Virus record (IMG/VR): IMGVR_UViG_3300031628_000001
Location: 1-64,000 of that record
Source of the DNA: an uncultured virus (IMG/VR IMGVR_UViG_3300031628_000001)
Lineage: Duplodnaviria; Heunggongvirae; Uroviricota; Caudoviricetes; Crassvirales
DNA length: 64,000 bases
Direction: 5' to 3' (one strand)
Shown one piece after another: positions 55,401-63,300 of the stretch. Numbering within the stretch: position 1 is the first letter of the stretch; each line of letters begins with the position of its first letter. Under the pieces are notes generated by a model that was not told the origin of the DNA, searched no databases, and saw only the letters and a program-made list of their open reading frames with translations. Both the position numbers and the translations under genes were made by a program.

Positions 55401-57352
55401 AATTCATTAAGTTTTAATGATTTATTTAAAACCTTACCTAACTGCTTACCTTTAATTAAACTCTTAGTTAAAGCATATGCATTCTTAACTTGCTTTAATT
55501 GAGCTTTTGGAAGTGAACCACCATACTTATATGTTCTTTCTTTACCATAAAACTCAGAATTTTTATAATCTATTGTCCAAGCTGTATTTTCAGAATTTTG
55601 TTTCTTTTCATAATCATTTAATACTTTCATTAACTCCATCCTTTCTTCTTTAGGATAGTAGGCAATAGGTTTATCTAAAGGAGTTTCAAATATACCAATT
55701 GAATTAAAATATTCCATTTCATTTAAATGGTTATCATTATACATCTTTCTATCTCTACCCGTTAATGTTTCAAATCTTGATAACGACTGTTCAGATCTAT
55801 CAGATAATCTCCCTCTTTCCCCATCTGATATATTCATATTAGGGTTTTCAAGGAAATCTAGTTCCTTATATCTTGGTGATGCATCTGTATATTTAAAGTT
55901 AGATGTCCATACATTATTATCTTTATCAGTTAAAGCTTCCCAATAATCCATATCTTTTTTAGATTTATTATTAAGAACACCGCTCTTTTTATGATGATCA
56001 TACCATTTCATATATTCATCATGACTACGTACATCTTGTATATCTTTTATCCCTTTATCTGGAACTGCTGTATTAACTGTCTCTCCATCTTGATCTCCAC
56101 CGTCATATACAAAATGAAATGGATTACTTTCTTCAGCAAGGGTTATGTCCCCTATTTCATAATAGTCAGGTTGTATATCTGTACTTCTTATATAATCAGA
56201 CCACGAACCCTCCCACTTTTCTGGATCATCCTTCATCTCATTCTTCCATGGTATCTTATTTAAAGGATCCGTTCCAGCAACTGAATTAAATGTATAAGGA
56301 TAAGCAGTATCAAAGTCAGCATTAAGTTCTTCTTTAGTGTGTACTGGTGTATTATAGTAAGCTTTTTCAGCATCATAAAATACATCTTCTGTAGATTTTC
56401 CAAGTGGTGCCACTTCACTATAATTAGGAAGGTTCCCTTTTCTATGGTTGTCTCTTGTCCATTTACGATTTTCATTTGCCTTTGCATATTCTTCATCAGA
56501 AATAACATTAGCAAGATTACCAGCCCACCATCTCTCATCACCTGTAAACCTTTTAAGATTGTTTAAACTATCTGTTCTTTTACTATAAGGTGCAACAAAA
56601 TTGTTAAACTCTTCCTCAGACATTTTTGACATTATGTCCACCCAAGACGTATCTCCTAATGTTTCTTCTAGCTCATCATAATTACTTAAGTTTATTGTAG
56701 GCTTCATAAACTTCCTATTAGGGTCACTTAAGTCTCTATTATTTATAATATGATTGTTAGACCCTATGTCTTGATGCTTTATTAAACCACCATCTCTTTT
56801 CTTTAAGTTTGGAGTTTTCCAAGAACCTTTAGCAAACTTATGTGATTCTTGTTCAGAATTAAAGTAATACACTTCACCTCTTTGCATAGCCATTTCAAAA
56901 GCAGACATCTCATCACCTTCTGCAAATTGAGTCCATGATGCTGGATCAGGAGTTTCTTGTCCTTCAATAGTAGGAAACAACATTGGAATAGCAACATATA
57001 TTGGATTACCATCATCATCAGTAAATGACATACTAGTCATTTTGTGTGAAGATACATCACCCATTTCTGAAGTCCAGTTTGTGATTAATTTATTATCTCT
57101 ATCTACTTTCCTTTTCTTTACTTGATTCTTAGGTTTATCTTGCGTTAGATTTTGCATAGGTTGTTCAAAGACTTCACTACCAGGAAATTGATAATCAAGA
57201 CCAGGTTGCATAAGTTGTTGATTACCAAGATTGTCTGTACCCATCACAGGAAAGTCTACACCCTTCATAGTAATGTTACCTGAAGGTATCAAGTTGGAAG
57301 GTTTCTTTACATCCTTACTATCTCTTTTATATCCGTCTATACTATATGCCAT
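49463..57352 (-). CDS. polyvalent modular protein with multiple ART-like domains and a C-terminal lysozyme-like domain, 2629 aa
   Basis: Seven GG(S)LxK(A/H)Q-type linkers; LYRG/LYRY/VFRG/LYRA ART-like starts; YAES...TATGLYG. Confidence 0.65.
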   Translation of the reverse strand: MAYSIDGYKRDSKDVKKPSNLIPSGNITMKGVDFPVMGTDNLGNQQLMQPGLDYQFPGSEVFEQPMQNLTQDKPKNQVKKRKVDRDNKLITNWTSEMGDVSSHKMTSMSFTDDDGNPIYVAIPMLFPTIEGQETPDPASWTQFAEGDEMSAFEMAMQRGEVYYFNSEQESHKFAKGSWKTPNLKKRDGGLIKHQDIGSNNHIINNRDLSDPNRKFMKPTINLSNYDELEETLGDTSWVDIMSKMSEEEFNNFVAPYSKRTDSLNNLKRFTGDERWWAGNLANVISDEEYAKANENRKWTRDNHRKGNLPNYSEVAPLGKSTEDVFYDAEKAYYNTPVHTKEELNADFDTAYPYTFNSVAGTDPLNKIPWKNEMKDDPEKWEGSWSDYIRSTDIQPDYYEIGDITLAEESNPFHFVYDGGDQDGETVNTAVPDKGIKDIQDVRSHDEYMKWYDHHKKSGVLNNKSKKDMDYWEALTDKDNNVWTSNFKYTDASPRYKELDFLENPNMNISDGERGRLSDRSEQSLSRFETLTGRDRKMYNDNHLNEMEYFNSIGIFETPLDKPIAYYPKEERMELMKVLNDYEKKQNSENTAWTIDYKNSEFYGKERTYKYGGSLPKAQLKQVKNAYALTKSLIKGKQLGKVLNKSLKLNEFIPKASKAPIIPKNKIAYVTPINTDVNINIGNDIISNNKTVNADNKFSLQSDVFKNKIPLTRVLSSKGLRFTDGKLFSSTEPHTHYKSDSRGEEFPLRLKSTNRNTTHWSYGHIGNPGHGGGSWSKKSTAIINDYENLSKSGLALDLDPTDTWFYSKGNFEIPANSLILTRDKTLYKKIKKETNITNIKLFENTNNEDFESIVNSYSTRGGKGAYTRPTDDMINPKDQFFNAGEGEMIMRDYMIKNYSKGDDVSLTQTADHYKPHQWQGHDFDWVHPFTGKKSGITTMHPDFDHSYMDLGDPFGGGQSKAHSGSPLSTIERMEYNWGDNMTTNHGLYSSNNRWGNGDRSGSLDILAKLPKTIQVNEMEKVMKTYKNQREGLRLQQELAELNGFKSYKEFKNSISKQEWLDFKRDGGSLNKAQWWNPKNAYALANTISKSFKPAKSLLPKPSFKNINYQKLLPFTESGSTLVPQTHMSSGKEGTSMDLSETLNSIYADNKPMWFGPTATSNRYRMTDDNNKFIPTIPGQGGLFQVGSGRLGNTGKPGFDEIPFTEATMPFGGLANDGYHLNLETGLPNYNDPLMDHKLLTKNAFQNKIDGVFNPNTKFKIFKSDLSKGNHAMHQKWSDKELAKIKADGYDAIQLVDQNGNQIENILLNKEKFKINKINDMDVHIDNPEFKYGGSLPKAQWYNLKNAYNIGKGLVNTIKSPFINDLVQGSNKLYRGIGPAGYNSAVNTGKILSNVNPTAVNEGAFNLTKNFGNKTFFTPNVETASKYGDGYIAEINNDVNDFSNRYNSDWSQFTTDPVFLSQSNIYKMNMLGNYKRILSQNTVGDHSKINFLDNVKLRTNYTSSTGLDYYGHRNVKHNIKGGWPTQLEVEKLKKDSGLTLTQDNLRSYVEKIGKVGGGKYPKTTLYRYGDMATNAAGNKDMGYYSADPLDPLRYSERADRTFNGSVFKIDVENELLPEFYKGIGFGNQGKEPGFQSGTLFKEFEVPEDFLGKFGNQQTFKTLSDYKKWLNTVKQSGGSLTKHQVPKLIKGALDLGKKVKNIISPKNVNSIIDWSKVSPAILANKNLLSEYADIEMATKANATWMKNDDGTSFWGTPQQFIQVNSEAFKNSYPEGYKRVFRGESGTLKLTDPLYSGAADIESGNKGIFTANEGLAKLYTNDYRLGSNSSILQLAIPSVSDGSKYLNINGLGNDWTDLSSIGTTKKTLELNIKNLENNIKKDAEGFQWASGSGSLESYDVNKHLQSYKDFYNNYDEIVANPIYKKLLEFKEAAWENDKILNGGNLAGRQSFGTGDVGDFMEKSGLNNIRLNYIDDGGFGDVTLNNQIPGNYLKSLTNNNGRFNLKNPNMNRQKGGSLPKAQLQYYDKAKKTYDFVKGLWTVAKPVSKLVIPGRSATDVAHKIKPLINSYQKPNSAGVASLINPNWTVDEGGLYEGMDSRVRTFIEPGQYGINEPIRLMDGNTRFHYGQSQGKDWDEWYRTFQHNNQSLYPEIAEKNLTLENGTWRPKTQLELDDDIPTEVWDPVQQKFVKQNLKTRPFADPTSLYRAVNAPDIQTAEKFGTTIPSLNSGADGRRTGYTDLQKNTPYDVLFTTPNAGWIGGSGVDDPYNLFNLYAKKDQGKFIVKMPRTNGAVESLTQINNRTDILNNSQYPYSGNTGSVWNEATGKFDIPTHLGSGIFNTVSGKPDLSLIPEGSIVNPNYSSFNGNQITPIFGTKGTTVRNAQDVLPIEDYFKKLKEDPNWKFNKGGSVKAQYVGETKEDIDWTGTTQGEIPSNEPDLDLLKQGVGYAESLNGELMINSQSTATGLYGQRFSEVKKGKLYDGTREEFAVDLDAQNSLFEQRYNGEIKDIPGLKQSGIDLYEEYNTQITDFPYSTTEVAALVNFIGRQGTRDYLGYVLRDGNTLESVFPTKYGSKANQSNKTPNEYITKFNEGLNIKKKGGEVDKLTERLIKKYEEGGTLTPAGTKHLKSLGMI
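50129..56800 (-). repeat. dispersed ~30-bp linker repeat encoding (K/Q)xGG(S)LPKAQ
   Basis: Copies at 56771-56800, 55499-55528, 54137-54169, 53339-53368, 52310-52342, 51302-51331 and 50129-50158. Confidence 0.85.
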
Positions 57353-60300
57353 TATCTAAATGATATATTCATTTTAGTATTATTTAATTTAAGTAACATC
57401 TTTCTGTCTCCTGATACGTTCTTTCTTAATACAATCATATTATAGTAATGTCTAAACTTCTTACGCTGCAAAGGTGCTTTAATATAATTAAGATTTGCTT
57501 GATTTAAGTTTTTAATATACCCATTTAATGTTGTTATCCATATAGGTCTTTCAACTCCAGTGAACTCACCTCTATCATCTGTAATATCCCAGAACTGATT
57601 AAATCTATATTTCTGTTCTTCTTTAGAATATAGGATTTGTATATCAGTTGGATTATTAATTATAGGATACTGATTAAGTAAAACAATATTATTCTTAGGA
57701 GTAAGATCAAGAGTTAATAATCCTGATACCTGTTCTGAATTATATATTATTGTTTCATCAAAGTTCCAATCTAAATCATGGAATCTATCTGTACCTATAA
57801 GCTGCTGAGGACGTGGTAAGTTAAAATTCTTATATACATATGATTCTTGTTGGTACTCTATACTTCTTAGAGTATTGACAACTTGACCAGTGTTTTCTAT
57901 TAGTGTAACTTCCCAAGGGAAATCTTCTCCATAATAGTTTACAAACAGATCATTTCTTACATTGTGTTTCCACATACCACCAACTGTATAATTTGCAGGT
58001 ACACATTGTTTATATTCCCAATTACATATAAGTGGATTTGGATTTACATAACCAGGTGTATCAACTAAAAATAAATCATCACATTGTGTTCCAGCCTCAA
58101 ACCAAGTAGTAGCTAATGAAGGATCTAATACAGGTATAGGTGGACAATTACAATCTACCTTCTTACATGTTGGTGGATTTAATGAATTACAAACTTGATT
58201 AACAGGTACTTGCGTATATCCAGCTGGACATTCACATGATACACATTGTGGTAATGGGTCACCAGGATCAGGACTACAAAGAATAGATGGTATATCTGGA
58301 ACTGTATTTACTGGACAATCACAACTAATAAGTGAATTCATAACACTAACTGCAACATCTCCATAATTTGAAGAATCAACTGCAAATGCATCATTACCAA
58401 TACTTTGTGCAGCAGTACCAAGTTGAACTAAACAATTTAAATTAGTCCACCATCCATTATTTGCAGGAGCAACAGTATCAGCAAATACAGCAATTGTATC
58501 AACATCACCACCACCTGCTGCATTCCAAGTCCATAAATCAGCAGAAATATTATTTGGAGGGGACGCAGCACATGTATTATTTTGTGTATCTGTAATTATT
58601 ATTACAACTTTTTTTGTTGCTGTTGATCCAGATAACATTGCTCTTGCTCTTAATACAGCTGTTTCATAATTAGTACCTCCTGCTGTATATGAAGCAGACG
58701 TTTCATCATAGGTGCTTATTGAACCTGCTATAGGATCTATTAGAGTAGAATCATTACTTGTTAAACCTGTTACCTGAGCACTATTTGCATTATCCCATAC
58801 TCCAAATCCAATTCTTACATTGTTAGTTCCAGATGCCATACCAGGAGACATAACATTTACAAATGCTGTACAAAAATCTACTTGTGCACTAAGTACACCA
58901 AATGTACAATTAGTAGGGAAAGGTATTATACATCCAGGTAGAGCAGTTGATCCAGATACATCCATTACTAATGCAATATCTGTATCTACTGAAAAAGCAG
59001 TTTGGACTGAATCTACTACAGTTGTATCTGATGGAATATATTTTACTTCAACAAATGCTGGATCAGATCCTGCTACTGTGATACAACATTCATCTAAAGT
59101 ACTATTAAATGAATATCCAGGAGGACATTGTGGGATTTCAGTTGTTGTTGTTTTAGATGTCATGAAATGATTGATACTATTGAATGCTAATTCAGGATGC
59201 CAATCATGAAATGAGATCCATGCTTTTGCTTTAGGATCATAACTAACTGTCCATGAAACATCTTGGAAGTATGTAGGATTCTCTAATTGGTAAGGTATAT
59301 AAGTTAATACATCTTCATATGTAGCAGGAACTTCATCTATACATTCACACATTGGTACACCTCCTTGTATAACTGGTGTACAACCAGATGGACAATTTGG
59401 TAAAATACCTGGACATATTTTTTCAACTAAGTCATTTATAATACCTTGTACATTAGCTGCTTGAAAGTCACCAGCCATATATGGATTAGGATCTCCTGTT
59501 ATAGCATCATATCCAGCAATACTTTGTGCATAAGCTTCTTCAGCTGCAGTTGGAGTATTGTTATTTTTTAACCATCCAGGGATTATTTCTAACTGACCTA
59601 GAAAGTTTGAATTAGTAGGATCTTGATATTGTGCATTTGCATGAATATTAGTTTGTATCCACTGAACTAAGTTATCAGGTTGTGCAGCACTTATGTTACC
59701 TACAACACCTGTATCAGGAGCTGTTGCTACCATAGGAGGTGTTGTTGGTGTTGCTACAAATGAAGAAGTTTGACCTAGGTTTATATAATTAGGTCTTGTA
59801 AGTGCTCTATCTGCTCCAGTAGAATCTGGATTAGTACCACCCCAACCAGTTGATGTTGCATCCCAACCATCATTTAATATTATTAATTTTTTAGGTACAT
59901 TAGGTCTTGCACCTGTACCACCTGGTCCTGGTGTAGGATTAAATAACCAGTTTGTACCTGACCATACTGCATCTCCATATCCTGTACCCCCAGTAACATT
60001 ACAATCATTACCACCACAAGGTACACCTGGACAACAAGCTGAAGTACCAGAAGCACAAGTATACTCACTCATGAAACCTGTAGTTTGATTTAATAAGTTT
60101 GGGTTAAAAGTTAATGCTACAGGTGCTCTTAATCCATTACATGCAATTGCAGTAGCATTAAATGATCCTTCATCATATGCTCTAGTTCCCCAAGCCATAA
60201 TACCTATTTGTGTATCACCTAATGACATAGCATTATCAAACACATCTAAAATACCTTGAACAATTAACCTCATGCTATTAACATTAGATTGTAAAGGTAC

Positions 60301-63300
60301 TGAGTATGAAGCATCAATAGAAAGAACAATATCTAATTTACATGCAGGTGCTGGTGGTCCAAAAGGTAAATCATAAGTAATCAACTCGCACATTTCTGAA
60401 ACAGAATTATAAGTATATCCATCTGGACATGTTACTATTTGTGATGCACCGTTACATATTGTTTCATTTAGATAAAACCCTTCACATGGAACATACTCTA
60501 TACAGTTGTTTGACTGATTTGCAAATGCATTAGTTACTGCAAAATCTCTTTTTGAAAAATAAACAATATCATTGTTTGTATCATATACAGTTTGACAACC
60601 AGCAGATACTACTGGATTATCAATCATCTGTGGACATGCTTCAGCATCAGGGAACGTTGCTAATAGTTGTGATGGTAAGTATTTATTAAACCACCACTTC
60701 ATTCCTGTATTAGTAATATTGATTAGTGAATTACCTTCTGTTTGAAATATCTTTCCTTGTTCTTGAGATATGAAAAATAATCCCATTGGTGTATTTAACA
60801 CTGCTCTTGAACTTTCAGATGATCCATATTCATGAGATATATCTGAGTTTACTATATCCCTCCAGTTTCTTTCAGCAAATAATCCTCCATCACCAAGAAC
60901 AACTTTAGTTCCAGCATCTGTAGTTAGTTCATCATTACCTGTAAATATTTGTGGAGAAAGTTTTGGAAATAATACAATGGCACCAGTCTTGCTAATTGGT
61001 TTAATAGTATTAACTGAGTCCTTAAATTCTTTATAATTTAATGGAAGGAAGACTCTCCAGAAATCCTTCTTAGCCTCTTTCTTAGCTTGTAATGAATACA
61101 CAAGTCTTTTATTCCATGTTATATAACATTTTTCAGCTACTGTAGGATCATATGATCTAGGCTGGATGAACCCCCATGATAATGTCCTACTATAGTTTTG
61201 TTCAATACTTAATGACTTATCATACTTATAATAATTACCCTTCTTTATTCCATCTACATGAAATAGATCTGTCAATGCAGAAAAGGTTAAACTATCATAA
61301 TGTCTTTTTTCAATATCTTCCCCCCAATCTCTTTGAGCTAAATTTAATTCTGACTCAACAAAGAAATCATTAATTCCATTACAGTGAAGATACATGTATG
61401 CATCATGTATAGTAAATAATGAACCTGGATTACTATTTGTTGCATCATTAAAGCTACTAAATAAACCACCTCCACTACATGATGCTGGATCTCTATCCAT
61501 GTAATAATAATCATTAGGGAAGGCACCATTAAAACCTGAAGCTATTGCAAAAGCGAAATTAACACCACCTAACTGTTTTGTTAATTCATCAAGTCTATAC
61601 TTTTCAGTATTCATCCAATATGTTGGAAACGGTACATTAGGATATAATCTATAATCCCATACAAATCCATCTTTTTCATTTTCAGCTAAATAGTCCCAGA
61701 AGAATGGCATAATAGCTTTCTCTGTATATCTATTTACATAGCAGTCACCACCAAATAATGGTTTAGAATTAAATCTTATTAAGTTATTTATAATTGGGTT
61801 ACCACTTGCATCTAGTAATATTTGGTCTTCAAAAAATTCAACGCATCCTCTAATAGGTATTTGTTTTATATCTTCTAGTTGACCATATTGATTATCTATA
61901 TTATACTTCATTGCACAATAATGAGCTGCAATCCCTGAGCTAGTTGCCCCTCCTGGGTTAGTCCAATCACATTGTCCTGGTGCAGTACCTATAGTATATT
62001 TAGAATTATCTCCCGTAGGTAAAGGTAAACTAGAAGTGGGTAGTCCATTTACATCTACATTACCATTAGTTTCAAGTTCAACTGCTACAGTTAAAGGTCT
62101 ATTTAAATTATTAATTCTAATGCTTGGGGTGAGTTGAGAAATAGCACCATTTAAATACCTTGATTTATTTACGGAGTGTCTAAATATTGATCCATTTGGA
62201 TTTGCTGACATGTTTCTGTACCAACCATGACTATTATATTTATAAACATATTGTTTGAAGCTTGTTAAATTATAAATTAAATCAATAATTTCTTGACCAC
62301 CAGTTGATACAAAATTCATAAATTCTTGTGCACCACTGATTAAACCCATCCAAAAAGGTTTATTACTAAACTTTGTACCTTTTTGAACTATCTCTTGACC
62401 AGGTCCTATTGATCCAGCTTGACCTTGCCAGTTAGTAGCTTGTGCAGCTTGCCATGTTACAGCACCTGCTTTATTTGATGCAGCTCCACCAGTAATTCCT
62501 CCTAAACCAAGAAACAAACCATTGGCTGCAGTATCATAAGTACCTGTACCAGGTGAATTTGCTCTATTTGCTGCAGATATTTGATTAGCACTAGTCCATT
62601 GCCACCTATCATTATTAGGTGCTGATGCATTAAATGTACCTTTACCACCACCTGCTCCAGTCCAAGTTCCTGTATTATAAGATGAACCAGCCAAATTTGT
62701 CCAAGCACCACCTCCACTAAAAGTACCATTATTTCCACTACGTTTTGTAATTTCTCCTTCTTCTCTATAACCCATATCCAGAACACGTCCTGTAGTCATC
62801 TTTTGGTCTGTAGAACCTCTCATGGCATATATAGCATATCCTACACCTATGAAGGCTGCAAGTACAGCTGTTGAGTTTCTTAATAGTTTTTCTCCTGGAT
62901 GTTTTTCTGAAGGTTTAAATCTTCCTGTTTGAGTTCCTGATATAACACCATATGACTTTAATTCATATGCATTTAAGAAAGGTCTATTAAACATTAAATC
63001 TGGAGAATGAAATGTAAATACACTATTTGAATATCTATTATAGGGACCTGTTGGATTATCACATCCTTGAAGCCAATCTTCATAACCAAGTCCTGACCAA
63101 CTATCATAACCTACACTACCTCCACCACCAGGACCTTTTATATATGGATCAGATGTTAAATCATTATATGGATAATTAGGTATAAAGAAAGATGTAGATC
63201 CGTCACTTGCTGATGGATCAGAAGGTATATATTGTTCCATGTTTTTAAGAATACCTTTTCCTAAAATAGACTTATGTCCTTCTCTTGATCCTACTAAAAA

